Numbered from the stretch's first letter, positions 27,559 to 38,091 are shown. The stretch: 64,000 nucleotides of DNA from an uncultured Terracidiphilus sp. (GCA_964420185.1 CAYQSI010000010.1:4456-68455), one strand, 5' to 3'. The notes: a model not told the origin generated them from the sequence alone. Numbers and translations: made by a program.

Positions 27559-27620
27559 ACGGAGAGCAAGGCCGTGGAATGGCGGGACGGGCGGGGTTCG
27601 GAAATGTGCGTAACAAGTGC

Positions 27621-27670
27621 AGCGAGTTAGCTCCCGCTTCGCGGGGATAGCGAGTTAGCGGAGTTAGCGA
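27621..27670. repeat. GTTAGC hairpin element
   Basis: 'agcgagttagctcccgcttcgcggggatagcgagttagcggagttagcga'. Confidence 0.8.
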
Positions 27671-27834
27671 ATTTCCACGATAGACCGGAATCCCCGGGAC
27701 ACGAAGTTTGTGTGCTGGGGTGGAGACCGTGGTTCGGCCTACAGTTCATTACTCCTGAAGACAAGACTTGGCGGGGATGACGGCAGAGAGGACGGACTCT
27801 TTGCGGTACTTCCAGGAAGAAAGAAGAGAGACGG

Positions 27835-30800
27835 ATGAAGCTCACGAATCACAAGGGTTTGCGCGCCGGCAGATGGATGGGGCTGTTGTTAGTAGTGGTG
27901 TGCCTGATGGGGATGGGCAGCGGGGCCTACGCACAGGCGATCAGCACGACGACGGTTCAGGGGACGGTGTATCTGGCGAACGGCCAGCCCGGCACAGGGA
28001 CACTGGTGGTGAGCTGGCCATCGTTTACAACGGCGAATGGTCAGTTGGTTGCCGCCGACAGTACGACGGTGGCGATTGCGCCGGACGGATTTGTAAGCGT
28101 GAATCTGGCTCCTAACTTGGGAGCGACGCCGGCGGGGCAGTATTACACAGCGGTTTACTACCTGAGCGACGGGACGACAAACACCGAGTATTGGATGGTG
28201 CCAGTGGGGGCGCAGGCGACCTTGGGGCAGGTGCAAGCGCAGTTGATGCCGGCGGCGCAGGCCGTTCAGGCGGTGAGCAAGGCATATGTGGACCAAGCGA
28301 TTGCAGGGGTTTCTGAAAGCCTGCTGACGGCGTCCGGCGGGACGTTGAGCGGGCCGCTGACCTTGAGCGGAGATCCGACACAGCCATTGCAGGCGGCGGA
28401 CAAGCACTATGTGGATGAGACGTTTGCACTAGCTGTACCGCAGGCGGGCGGAAGCATGACGGGAGCTTTGGCAACGCCGGCAGTGAATGGAGTGGAGTCT
28501 CCGGCGACGGGAAGCCCGCAGACGACACTGCAAGCGGCGATGAGCGCGGCGGGGAGCAATGGAGCGGTGGAGATTCCGCCGGCTTATGCGGGGACGGATG
28601 GATTCAATAATCCGAACGGCGTGTACGTGGCCGATTTGCGGCAGGGAAGCTCGCAGCAGTTTGAGCGCAGCGTGAAGGAATTCGGCGCGGTGTGCGATGG
28701 GAACACGGACGACACCAACGCGCTGCAGTCGGCGTTGAACTATGCCGAGACGCACGGGGTGGCATTGACGATTCCGCAGGGAACCTGCAAGACGCGGACC
28801 CTGATCTGGCATGGAGAGTCGATCGGCGGGATGGGCAAGCAGGTGTCCGCACTGATGGGCTTTCCCGGACAGGATGTGCTGTTGACGATGACCGACAGCG
28901 CAAACCTGCTGTCCTACACGCGGATTCACGATCTGACGATCTATGTAGATCAAAGCCAGGATGTATCTTGCTCGGCGGCCAAGGGGCTAGCACCGGCGGG
29001 AAGCTGCGCGCAGAATCGACCGCTGGAGAGCAACTCGATTTTTTCGCCAAGCGGGAACGGGCTGACCGGAACAGCAGGAAGCGGAACGGCGTGGGCGGTG
29101 GGCAATTGCGCGATTGCGATGCCGGCGACCACCGGAGCAGGCGGAAATGGGCTGAAGGTGGCGGAGCTCGAGAACCTGGAGATTGCGGCGACGGGCGCGG
29201 ACCCTATGGCTGCGCAGTATTCAGGCGCGCACTCGACGCACACTTGCGGGTTGTATCTGGCGCAGTGGCCGCAGTGGAGCGAGTTTCGGAACATCGATAT
29301 TCGCGGGCTGAATACGGGGATAGCAATTCCAGCTCTTTTCGGAACGACTCCAGCAGGATTAACCGCGGATTCAAATCGTTGGCAGAACATCACGATTCAG
29401 GCGACGCACGGGTTTACGACAGCGGCGGGCTCGAACAACGTGCTGGATAACTTGGTGGTGATAGCGGGAAATTCAGCGGCGACCGGCGAGCCGCCTACGG
29501 GCGTGGTGCTGGATTTTGCGGGAACGCAACAGGGCTGGACGGTACGGAATTCCGTAGTGCTGCCAGCGTGGAACGCAGTGCAACCGGTACTGACTGTGAC
29601 CGCAGTTGGCGGGGCGGTGACCGGGGTGGCGGTGGGTTCGCAGGCCGGACTGGGGTTTGATCCGTATGGAGCGCAGGTTCCGTTGGCGTTCAGCGGGAGT
29701 TGCACAGCGCAGGCCGTAGGCAATGTAACGAGCAACGGAGCAATTGGGACGGTCACGGTAACGTCGGGCGGGGTGGGGTGTTCGGGAACGACGACGGCGA
29801 GCGTGAATGTGGCTGGGACGTGGGACACAGCCGCGCCCGTAAACCTGATTGCCGGGCAGAATATGACGTTCTATGGCGGAAATCTTCTGAAGGGCAACGG
29901 AGGATACACGGTTTGGAACGCGGCAGGCTCCCAGAGCTATGGAACGCAGTTGGACGGCGGCGGCGGGAGATTGCCGAGCGGAGGAACTTATGCGGCGCTG
30001 GTGGCAAACAACCCGCTAGGAAGCGCATATCCGGTAGATCAGTTTCCAGGCGCGGACTTTGGGGCCAAGTTACAGGCATGTATCAGCGCGTTGAACGCGA
30101 GTTATGGCGGAACGTGCGATGCACGGAATTTCACAGGGAATCTATCGATGGGATCGAACCTGACGATAGCGACAGCGAATGCGACCGTACTGCTGCCGTG
30201 CGCGACGATTTCGACGGCTAATCAGGTGATTGTGACGGCGGGAACGAGGAATGTGTCGCTGCGCGGGTGCGCCATGCGCGGCGCGAGCACGGCGAGTGGA
30301 AGCCAGGGCGGCACGGTGTTTCTGTACTCAGGAGCAAAAGCGATGGTGCAGGTGGGAGATACAACCTATGCTGCGGATACGCTGGGTTTCCACCTGGACA
30401 ATGTGGTGATAAATACAACGGCCGCAAGCAATGCAACCGTGCAGGGACTGGCAGCCTACCGCACACAGGAAATGGAGCTGGAAAGCTTGTATTTCCTGGG
30501 TAACTCGAACCAGACCGGCATGACACTGGATGGGACCGGGAATTATACGGGGGGAACATTCCTCGACAACGAGTTCACCGGATTCCAGACAGCGGTGAAT
30601 GCCATCGGGCACCAGATATCGAACCCTGCGACGACCGATTGGATGAACGCGAGCACGTTTGTGCGGTTGCACATTGATTGCCCGACGAGCGGGGGAAGCC
30701 CCATCAGCGGGAGTTATGGAATCAACCTGCAGCAGGGTGATGGAAACACGTTTACCGGAGGAGATATAGAAGGATGCTCGACGGCATTGCACCTGGGGCC

Positions 30801-33800
30801 GAACGCGCAGAATAACACGATTGTAGGGCTGAGGAACGAAAACTCGACCAATCAGGTTGTGGCGGATGCGGGCAGCCAATACAACAACTGGATGACGGGC
30901 GGAACGATGTTAGCCGGGCAGTTGACTGACAACGGCACACGCAACAGCTTCTTCGATACTTATCACCGGAGTTTCAACGGACTGAATGGCGATTGGTACG
31001 GGAGCCAGAAGGACGCCACAGTTACCAACCACTATCGGCTTGGAATCGGAGCAGGCAACGAGCGCGGATTGCTGGACCGCTATCAAACCGACTATGGATA
31101 CCGGTGGACGATGGGCTTGAGCGACGCGACGGCCGGCGAGCAGTTCTACCAGATTCTGGATGAGTTGAATAATGTGTACCGCGTCTCGATCGGACAGTAT
31201 AACAACGGCCAATCGAGCACTAACAACCAGACGGTGATCAATGCGGCAGGAGCAGGCGCGGTAGTGCTGAACGGCTCAAACAACGCGGGGACCGGCGGGG
31301 TGGTGATCGGGTCAGGCGGCGCGAACGAAACCACTGTGGCAACGATCAGCAATGCCGGGGACGCGCAGTTCAACGGGATGCTGCAGGTGGGGGGCACTTC
31401 AACTTTTACAGGGACAGCTACGGTCAAGAACCAGGCCGATGCGGAGATTGATGCGACTCTGTGGGCGGGATTGACGACAAGCCAGAAAGAGTCGTTCATC
31501 TACAAAGACTGGAACGGCAACAGCCAGTGGTACATGATGAAGGACGGGAGCAATAACTGGGCGCTGAGTTCAGCTATAGGCGGTCTGGACAGCTTCAAGG
31601 CATACCAAAGCACAAACAGCGGCGATACCTACGTCGATGCATCGAACGCTTCCGGGGCAGTGCGCATCAACTACGAACCTGGATCGGGGGCTCAGTTCAA
31701 AGTATATGGAGGGAACAGCAGCACTCTCTATGCCTCCTTCACCGGACCAACATCGATTCAATTTCCGGGGATTGCGGCGAGCAGCGGTCATAACTGCCTG
31801 CAAATCGATAACTCTGGATATATCACCAATACCGGGACAACCTGCGGAACAGGAAGCACCAACGGCACGGTCAACGCCGGGACCAGCGGGCAGATAGCCT
31901 ATTACAACGGTGCAGGGACAGTACTGTCCGGAACAAGCACGGTTTCAATTGCGGCGGGAGGGACCGGGTCTTCGACGGCTTCAAGCGCGCTGACAAACCT
32001 GGGTGGGGCTGCGCTGGCGGGCGCGGCGTTTACGGGAGCGGTGAGTGCGCCGGCTATGTCTGCGAAGAATAGCGCCAGCATCGGGCCACGCTACGACGTG
32101 ACGCAGTATGGCGCAGTGGGCAACGGCTCGACCGATGATACGGCTGCGGTTCAGGCGGCTTTCAATGCTTGCTACAACGGTGGGACGGTTCCTTATGGCG
32201 GCGTGGTGGAGTTTCCGGGGAACAAAACCTACATTGTCTCCTCCACGATCAACGGCCATAACTCCTGCCAGGTGGAGGGCGTCGTTGGTAACTACACGGT
32301 GGCGAACGCACCGCCTAAACTCGCATGGAACGGCGCGGCTGCGGGAACGGTTTCGACCATCACCGCTTACAGCATCACGTCGAACGTGGCGACCTTTACC
32401 GCCGCGAACAGTCTGACCGTGGGACAGTTCGTCGATATTGAGGGGCTGACTACCGGCTTCTATCTGAATCGCGCTATCTTGCAGGTGACCACGGCTTCAA
32501 GCACTCAGTTCACGGCGACACTGCCCTTTGGCTGGGCTAATGTCGGTTCGACCTCCGACTCCGGTACGGCTACCACAGCCAACGTCATGCTGGCCTTCGA
32601 CTCCAATGCCCGGTATCAGCAGTCGATCAGTAATATGATGCTGTTGCCTGTGGCGCCCTTGGCGAGCAAGACGCTGCAAGTGGCCGCTTACTTCGGTTCT
32701 CGCGTGGACACCGGGACGCACATCCTCAACGTTGAAGCGGACAACGCGAGCGAGTATGGGTTCTACTTCGCAGACGGCGGAATCAATGTCGATTTCGACA
32801 AAGGATGGCGCTGCGATGGAGCGGGACTCTCCTGCATTTATTGGCGCGTGGGCGGGATCGATAACCTGAAGATCGCCAACGGTACGGTGGACAACAACTC
32901 CGGCGCGCAGATGACGGCGAGCGGCGGCGCTTTAATGCTGGACGATGGAGCTTGCAACGCCAACGATTCGATGTTGCTGTCTTCAAGCCACATGGATTTC
33001 GAGGTTAACTCGACCATTACTTCCGGCCTGGGAGTTTATACGTTCTATGACTGCCCTTCGAATAACGGAGTGGAATCATTCTACGTTTCGCTGGATGCGA
33101 ACAGGGTTGGTGGGGCTGGATTTTATACTGCGGGATTCAACTTCCCGACCATCGTCATGTCTCCCGCGAATGACGCGGCGCTGGGGTTGACGGTCATCAA
33201 CGGGGAGTTCGAGAGCGGTTCCGGGCCGAACAATTCTCCGCGCTGGGTTGGGTTGCCACAGTTACAACGGGACGATGCTTACGGGTATACAGGCCGGATT
33301 CCGTTTCTGAGTTTTGCTCCGGCGCTTGCAAGCGCGGGTTTGTCATCGAGTAATAAAACGCCAATTAGCCTGATTGACGATGTGCAGATTAGCCAACTGT
33401 GGCAGCATGGTGTGGCGGCTTCGGCCTTTCTCTACTCGGACACAGCTTTTGCAGCGATGCCCAACGGAACGACACTGTTCGCTGGCCAGATCCTTGCGCC
33501 TCCCAGTTACTGGAAGGGCGCGGCTGGGAAACGATATGCCCTTGACGTGGTGTATCAGACAGGAACGACAGGAACTCCGAACAGCGGGGCCACCACCTGC
33601 ACGGGCACCACTGCGGGCACTCTGACTTGTAGCAGCGCTACCGACTTATCGGTAGGTCAGAGGGTCGCGATCGGGACCGATACAAACAAGAACATCAACT
33701 ACGTGGATGCGACGAATCCGAGCGCGGTGCTGGTTTACGTTGGATGGCTTGCGCAGAATTATACGACGGCTACTGCTCTCTCGTTCTCCGCGCCGGTGCT

Positions 33801-34956
33801 TGGTCCAGAGATGCAGATGCCTACGAAGTCTTTCGCGATTCCTACGGCGCTGACCTGGAGCCAGGGTGACTATCTGCAAAACTCCGGCGCGGTAGCAAAT
33901 GGAATTGCGGGATGGGTCAATGTGGTTGCGGGCACGCCGGGAACGTGGGCCGGGATTCCGCTGGGTAACGCCAGTGGGCTGCTGAATCTATCTCAGATAT
34001 TCGGCACGTCCAGCACTAGCCCGGTGTGCCCGAATGGAACGGGCGGAACACTCACCACAGTTGGATGCGTGAGTGGTGGGAGTAGCGGTGTAACAAGCAT
34101 TAACAGCAACACCGGCGCGTTCACCTTCAATGGCGCCGGGGTGAGCTGCACCGGGACTACCTGTTCTTTCACCGGCGGTACAGGCAGCGGCACGGTGCAG
34201 AGTGGTACGGCCTACTCTCCGGCGTACTATCCTTCGGGCGGTGGAACGGTAGTGGCTGGTGTGACTCCGTTCAGCGGCCTTGCATGGTGGTCAACGAGCG
34301 CGGCTCCGGCTCAGGCGACGGCGGCGCAGATCGTGGGCGCCATCGGCTCGACAGCAGTTACCAATGCAACCAACGCAGCCAATCTATCCAACGGCGCAGT
34401 TGGCTCACTGCCGTATCAGAGCGCGGCGGGTGCGACAGCCTTTGTCGCCAGCCCCACGACCAGCGGCCACACGTTTGTGCCAGCTTGGCAGCCGAGCGGC
34501 TCGGCTATCGCGCCAGGAGCCGTTGATGTCAGTACCTTGAATGTTAATTCGGCGGCCACAGCAACAGCTCTGAGCGCAGCTTCCGCGCTACCCAACGGCA
34601 CGACAAGCACTACGCAGGCCACAGCAGATACCAGCACGGATCTAGCTACAGATGCTTTCACTCATAACGTAGCCTATCCGGTTGCCAATACGACCTTCAC
34701 GACCAGCACGGCGAGCGTAGCGGCGAACACCTGTAACTCTACCGTGCAGGTTGCCATGAGTGGAGTAACAACCAGCATGACCTTCCTCATCACTCCTAGC
34801 GCAGACACAAGCGGCGCAACGGGGTGGGGTAGCACCGGAGGTTTAATTCTGGATGTGTGGCCCACTGCGGGCTATCTTAACTACAAGATTTGCAACCAGA
34901 CTGCGACGGCCATTTCTTTACCCAGCGCGGTGACGTTCAACGCGGGAGCGAGATAG
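27835..34956 (+). CDS. Giant (2373 aa) secreted tail-fibre/tailspike-like protein with two pectate-lyase-fold (beta-helix) modules
   Basis: Sec-type leader 'GLLLVVVCLMGMGSGAYAQA'. Tail-fibre collar words 'SGGTLSGPLTLSGDPTQPLQAADKHYVDE' and, near the C-terminus, 'GTTSTTQATADTSTDLATDAFT'. Two beta-helix N-cap signatures: 'VKEFGAVCDGNTDDTNALQSALNYA' (about nt 28670) and 'VTQYGAVGNGSTDDTAAVQAAFNAC' (about nt 32095). Confidence 0.85.
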   Translation: MKLTNHKGLRAGRWMGLLLVVVCLMGMGSGAYAQAISTTTVQGTVYLANGQPGTGTLVVSWPSFTTANGQLVAADSTTVAIAPDGFVSVNLAPNLGATPAGQYYTAVYYLSDGTTNTEYWMVPVGAQATLGQVQAQLMPAAQAVQAVSKAYVDQAIAGVSESLLTASGGTLSGPLTLSGDPTQPLQAADKHYVDETFALAVPQAGGSMTGALATPAVNGVESPATGSPQTTLQAAMSAAGSNGAVEIPPAYAGTDGFNNPNGVYVADLRQGSSQQFERSVKEFGAVCDGNTDDTNALQSALNYAETHGVALTIPQGTCKTRTLIWHGESIGGMGKQVSALMGFPGQDVLLTMTDSANLLSYTRIHDLTIYVDQSQDVSCSAAKGLAPAGSCAQNRPLESNSIFSPSGNGLTGTAGSGTAWAVGNCAIAMPATTGAGGNGLKVAELENLEIAATGADPMAAQYSGAHSTHTCGLYLAQWPQWSEFRNIDIRGLNTGIAIPALFGTTPAGLTADSNRWQNITIQATHGFTTAAGSNNVLDNLVVIAGNSAATGEPPTGVVLDFAGTQQGWTVRNSVVLPAWNAVQPVLTVTAVGGAVTGVAVGSQAGLGFDPYGAQVPLAFSGSCTAQAVGNVTSNGAIGTVTVTSGGVGCSGTTTASVNVAGTWDTAAPVNLIAGQNMTFYGGNLLKGNGGYTVWNAAGSQSYGTQLDGGGGRLPSGGTYAALVANNPLGSAYPVDQFPGADFGAKLQACISALNASYGGTCDARNFTGNLSMGSNLTIATANATVLLPCATISTANQVIVTAGTRNVSLRGCAMRGASTASGSQGGTVFLYSGAKAMVQVGDTTYAADTLGFHLDNVVINTTAASNATVQGLAAYRTQEMELESLYFLGNSNQTGMTLDGTGNYTGGTFLDNEFTGFQTAVNAIGHQISNPATTDWMNASTFVRLHIDCPTSGGSPISGSYGINLQQGDGNTFTGGDIEGCSTALHLGPNAQNNTIVGLRNENSTNQVVADAGSQYNNWMTGGTMLAGQLTDNGTRNSFFDTYHRSFNGLNGDWYGSQKDATVTNHYRLGIGAGNERGLLDRYQTDYGYRWTMGLSDATAGEQFYQILDELNNVYRVSIGQYNNGQSSTNNQTVINAAGAGAVVLNGSNNAGTGGVVIGSGGANETTVATISNAGDAQFNGMLQVGGTSTFTGTATVKNQADAEIDATLWAGLTTSQKESFIYKDWNGNSQWYMMKDGSNNWALSSAIGGLDSFKAYQSTNSGDTYVDASNASGAVRINYEPGSGAQFKVYGGNSSTLYASFTGPTSIQFPGIAASSGHNCLQIDNSGYITNTGTTCGTGSTNGTVNAGTSGQIAYYNGAGTVLSGTSTVSIAAGGTGSSTASSALTNLGGAALAGAAFTGAVSAPAMSAKNSASIGPRYDVTQYGAVGNGSTDDTAAVQAAFNACYNGGTVPYGGVVEFPGNKTYIVSSTINGHNSCQVEGVVGNYTVANAPPKLAWNGAAAGTVSTITAYSITSNVATFTAANSLTVGQFVDIEGLTTGFYLNRAILQVTTASSTQFTATLPFGWANVGSTSDSGTATTANVMLAFDSNARYQQSISNMMLLPVAPLASKTLQVAAYFGSRVDTGTHILNVEADNASEYGFYFADGGINVDFDKGWRCDGAGLSCIYWRVGGIDNLKIANGTVDNNSGAQMTASGGALMLDDGACNANDSMLLSSSHMDFEVNSTITSGLGVYTFYDCPSNNGVESFYVSLDANRVGGAGFYTAGFNFPTIVMSPANDAALGLTVINGEFESGSGPNNSPRWVGLPQLQRDDAYGYTGRIPFLSFAPALASAGLSSSNKTPISLIDDVQISQLWQHGVAASAFLYSDTAFAAMPNGTTLFAGQILAPPSYWKGAAGKRYALDVVYQTGTTGTPNSGATTCTGTTAGTLTCSSATDLSVGQRVAIGTDTNKNINYVDATNPSAVLVYVGWLAQNYTTATALSFSAPVLGPEMQMPTKSFAIPTALTWSQGDYLQNSGAVANGIAGWVNVVAGTPGTWAGIPLGNASGLLNLSQIFGTSSTSPVCPNGTGGTLTTVGCVSGGSSGVTSINSNTGAFTFNGAGVSCTGTTCSFTGGTGSGTVQSGTAYSPAYYPSGGGTVVAGVTPFSGLAWWSTSAAPAQATAAQIVGAIGSTAVTNATNAANLSNGAVGSLPYQSAAGATAFVASPTTSGHTFVPAWQPSGSAIAPGAVDVSTLNVNSAATATALSAASALPNGTTSTTQATADTSTDLATDAFTHNVAYPVANTTFTTSTASVAANTCNSTVQVAMSGVTTSMTFLITPSADTSGATGWGSTGGLILDVWPTAGYLNYKICNQTATAISLPSAVTFNAGAR

Positions 34957-34957
34957 C

Positions 34958-35632
34958 ATGAAAAGACTCTTCGCACTTTTGGCGCTTCTTCCCTTGCTCG
35001 CGGCTGGCGGCGGGCAATACACGATTCCATGGCACACCGGAGCTAATGCGGCCACGGCGAGCGGTGGTTGTCCTTTCACGGACAGCTTTCCCGGCTCAGG
35101 AGCACTCAGTTCTACTTGGAGTGTTAATTCCGTAGAAACCAGCGGCGGCTACTCATTAGTGCAAGCGTCCGGTGTCGCTCAGGCATCAGCCACAGGTATC
35201 CATGCGACTGAAACTGTAACAAGCGGAAGTTGCTCGTTCCTGGAGGATCAGTATGCACAAGCGGTTGTGAAGGCCCTCGATAGCTCCAGCGCAGACGGAG
35301 TATCTGTTGCTGTGTTGATGTCTTCGGCAGGGAACGGGTATCGCTTTGTAGCTTTCGGAGGCGGGGCGGCTCCACAGATAATCCGTGACACGGCTGGATC
35401 AGGCACCAGTATAGCTTCGAGTTGCGGAAGCACAGTAGCAGTAGGAAAGACGATACAGTTGGCGGTAACTGGGAGTGGTAGTGGTCAAACATTGACGGCC
35501 TATGTAAATGGGACACCTGTTTGTTCTGTTGTTGATTCCACTTACACCTCGGGTTACCCAGGTATGCGCATCGGTGGAACTAATGCGACAAATGTCAATC
35601 AGATGGAACTTGGAAGTTTTCAGGCAGATTAA
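34958..35632 (+). CDS. Secreted hypothetical protein (beta-rich, possibly lectin/LamG-like)
   Basis: 224 aa. ATG lies 1 nt after the stop of the giant gene. Signal peptide 'MKRLFALLALLPLLAAGGG'. Composition is rich in Ser, Gly and Thr. Confidence 0.6.
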   Translation: MKRLFALLALLPLLAAGGGQYTIPWHTGANAATASGGCPFTDSFPGSGALSSTWSVNSVETSGGYSLVQASGVAQASATGIHATETVTSGSCSFLEDQYAQAVVKALDSSSADGVSVAVLMSSAGNGYRFVAFGGGAAPQIIRDTAGSGTSIASSCGSTVAVGKTIQLAVTGSGSGQTLTAYVNGTPVCSVVDSTYTSGYPGMRIGGTNATNVNQMELGSFQAD

Positions 35633-35641
35633 GGAGGCAAC

Positions 35642-36025
35642 ATGAGTATCGCTTTAGCAACGCCCTTTTCGATCAGCGGGCCAAGCACTACGTCAGAAAC
35701 AGACGCATTTGCTGCGGCAACTCGATATGACATTGACACTGTGGGCCAGACCATCACGATCTGGCTTCCGTGCGGCTCGGCGGTCACGAGCGGCGGCAAG
35801 ACAACCAGCTTCGCGCCAGGGCCGCAAGCGCCGACGCTGACAGTGGAGTTCTCACTAGGGAGCAGCACATGGAGTGCAAGCAACGGGCAGAGCGGGACGC
35901 TGACGGCTGACCAGATCGCAACGGTTCAGGCGATGCTTGCCGGAGTCAACGCGGCTGTCCGTAACCAGGCCGAGGCTTCCGTGCAAAGCATGGGGATTCT
36001 GGCCGGTACGAATGTGCCGTGGTAG
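35642..36025 (+). CDS. Hypothetical protein
   Basis: 127 aa. GGAGG lies 6 nt upstream of the ATG. Same strand and operon as the giant gene. Confidence 0.5.
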   Translation: MSIALATPFSISGPSTTSETDAFAAATRYDIDTVGQTITIWLPCGSAVTSGGKTTSFAPGPQAPTLTVEFSLGSSTWSASNGQSGTLTADQIATVQAMLAGVNAAVRNQAEASVQSMGILAGTNVPW

Positions 36026-36221
36026 AGAGCCGGCGCGGGCCGGTACGCGGAATCTCGGGGGAAGCAAGACCGCTTCAGAGGCGAGTTTGGCTCCTGCTTC
36101 CCGTTGATTGCTGTTGCAATTCGCCGCGCGAGCCTGAGCGCTCAGGCAGAGAGATGTTTAGCGATGAGTTTCCATGGGGGCGGATCAGGCGTTTCGCTTA
36201 CCCGGTTGAAATGAGGGGGCC

Positions 36222-37793
36222 GTGGAGGGAACAACGGAAGGATGCGCGGCAGTTGCGGAGGAAAGGCTTCTGCGCCCGGAGGAACTGGACCGGGAAGAAC
36301 TGGTGCGGTATGGGGGGATTCTGGACCAGCGTCCGGCGAGCTTGGGGGGGCGGAGCGTGGGGATGGCGCTGGCTGAGCAGCTTCTGCTGGTGAGGACGCG
36401 GGAGGGATGGACGGCACCGCTGAAGGCGAATGCGGCGCAGTGGGCCTTCGAGCGGCGGCGGGGCGAGCGGAATATCGTGCTGAAGGCGCGGCAACTGGGA
36501 CTGACGACCTGGGCGGCGGCGCGGTTCTTTCTGAAGACGATCACTCAGCCGGGAACACTGACGCTGGAAGTGGCCCATACGCAGGAGGCTGCCGAAGAGA
36601 TTTTTCGGATTGTGCACCGGTTTCTGGATTGGCTGCCGGAGGAGTTGCGTGAAGGGCCTTTACGGACTTCGCGGGCCAATGTGCGGCAGATCGTTTTCCC
36701 GGAGATGGATGCACAGTACAGAGTTGTATCGGCGGGAGATCGGAATGCGGGGCGGGGATTGACGGTGCAGAACCTGCACTGTTCGGAACTGGCACGGTGG
36801 CCGGGCGACCCGGCGGAGACACTGGCGGGGCTGCGGGCGGCGATGGCGCCGGGTGCGGAGCTGATTTTGGAATCAACGCCAGACGGGGTGGGCGGATGCT
36901 TCCACGAAGAGTGGCAGAAGGCCGGCGAGACGGGGATCGTACGGCACTTTTTCCCCTGGTGGATGGAACGGCGGTACCGGGGCAAGGCGGTGGACGCAGC
37001 GAGCCTGACCGAAGAGGAGCAGGAACTGCGGACGCGGAAACGACTCGATCTGGAGCAGATTGGCTTTCGGCGGCAGGTGCGGGCGGATTTCCGTGGGTTG
37101 GCGCGGCAGGAGTACGCAGAAGACGAAGAAAGCTGCTTTCTGGCCAGCGGGGATTCGGTCTTTGAGCTTTCAGCAATCGAGGCGCGATGGGCAACGATGA
37201 CGGCCCCGTCGGAAGTACGGCACAACGGGGATCTGGAGATTTGGCTGCCGCCGTTGAAGGGCAAGGAGTACCTGGTAGCGGTGGACCCTGCGGGCGGCGG
37301 AAGTGAGGGCGACTATTCGGCGGCGCAGGTGATAGAGCTAGAGACGGGGTTACAGTGCGCGGAGTTTGCCGGACACGTGGGAGGGTTGGAACTGGCGCGG
37401 CTGGTGACGGGCCTGGCTACGGAGTACAACCAGGCGTGGCTGGTGGTGGAGAGGAACAACCACGGCAGCGGAGTTCTGGCGCTGATCGAGACAGTGTGCG
37501 GCTACGGACGGGTTTATCGGCAGGGAGGACAAGCGGGTTGGCTGACCACGCAAATGAGCCGGCCGGCGGCGTTGGGGCGGCTGGATGCGGGGTTGGTGGA
37601 GAAACCGGAATGCTTCCAGAGCCGGCTGCTGCTGGCCGAGTGCCGGAGTTTTGTGAGGTTGCCGAACGGTGGAACAGGAGCGCGTCCGGGAACGCATGAC
37701 GATCGGGTGATGGCGATGGCGATCGGGCTGGGGGCAAGGGCGGAAATGCTGGCCACTTGCGGTGGGGCCAACTTTCACATTGGACGAAACTAA
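36222..37793 (+). CDS. Phage terminase large subunit
   Basis: Deviant Walker A 'VLKARQLGLTTW', 'VQNLHCSELARW', and the C-terminal RNaseH-like nuclease 'EGDYSAAQV...VVERNNHGSG...GTHDDRVMAMAIGL'. Starts at GTG 36222 or ATG 36363. Confidence 0.85.
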   Translation: MEGTTEGCAAVAEERLLRPEELDREELVRYGGILDQRPASLGGRSVGMALAEQLLLVRTREGWTAPLKANAAQWAFERRRGERNIVLKARQLGLTTWAAARFFLKTITQPGTLTLEVAHTQEAAEEIFRIVHRFLDWLPEELREGPLRTSRANVRQIVFPEMDAQYRVVSAGDRNAGRGLTVQNLHCSELARWPGDPAETLAGLRAAMAPGAELILESTPDGVGGCFHEEWQKAGETGIVRHFFPWWMERRYRGKAVDAASLTEEEQELRTRKRLDLEQIGFRRQVRADFRGLARQEYAEDEESCFLASGDSVFELSAIEARWATMTAPSEVRHNGDLEIWLPPLKGKEYLVAVDPAGGGSEGDYSAAQVIELETGLQCAEFAGHVGGLELARLVTGLATEYNQAWLVVERNNHGSGVLALIETVCGYGRVYRQGGQAGWLTTQMSRPAALGRLDAGLVEKPECFQSRLLLAECRSFVRLPNGGTGARPGTHDDRVMAMAIGLGARAEMLATCGGANFHIGRN

Positions 37794-37819
37794 TTATGAG
37801 AAGGCTGATTCAGGTTCGC

Positions 37820-37866
37820 GGTTTCCTACCCTTTTCGCCAAGAACGCGAAAAGGATGGGGCACGGA
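37820..37866. repeat. Family-A MITE core fragment
   Basis: 'ggtttcctacccttttcgccaagaacgcgaaaaggatggggcacggag'. Confidence 0.7.
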
Positions 37867-37897
37867 GATTTTGGGTGGTACGGGGTTTTGGATAAGA

Positions 37898-37956
37898 GCA
37901 GCAAGTTAGCCCCCGCTGAAGCGGGGATAGCGAGTTAGCAGGTTAGCGGATAGCAA
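37898..37956. repeat. GTTAGC hairpin element
   Basis: 'gcagcaagttagcccccgctgaagcggggatagcgagttagcaggttagcggatagcaa'. Confidence 0.8.
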
Positions 37957-38091
37957 GGGGACAAGGTGTAGCGGCTGGGAAATGATCGAGAGGCTGGCGG
38001 AAAATTCCTTGAAAGTGGGATGGGGTGCGGAGGATTTTGGCTGGAGAGCTTAGAATTCGATTGAGGTTGTGAACGAGGCGGGGGAACGGGC

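Noticed and set aside
36019-36393. ORF 36019..36393 or ORF 35642..36025 as the missing small terminase.
   Set aside because: 36019..36393 is Arg/Trp/Gly-rich, overlaps the terL frame and looks non-coding. 35642..36025 has no HTH or oligomerisation-like features that I can recognise. terS remains unidentified.
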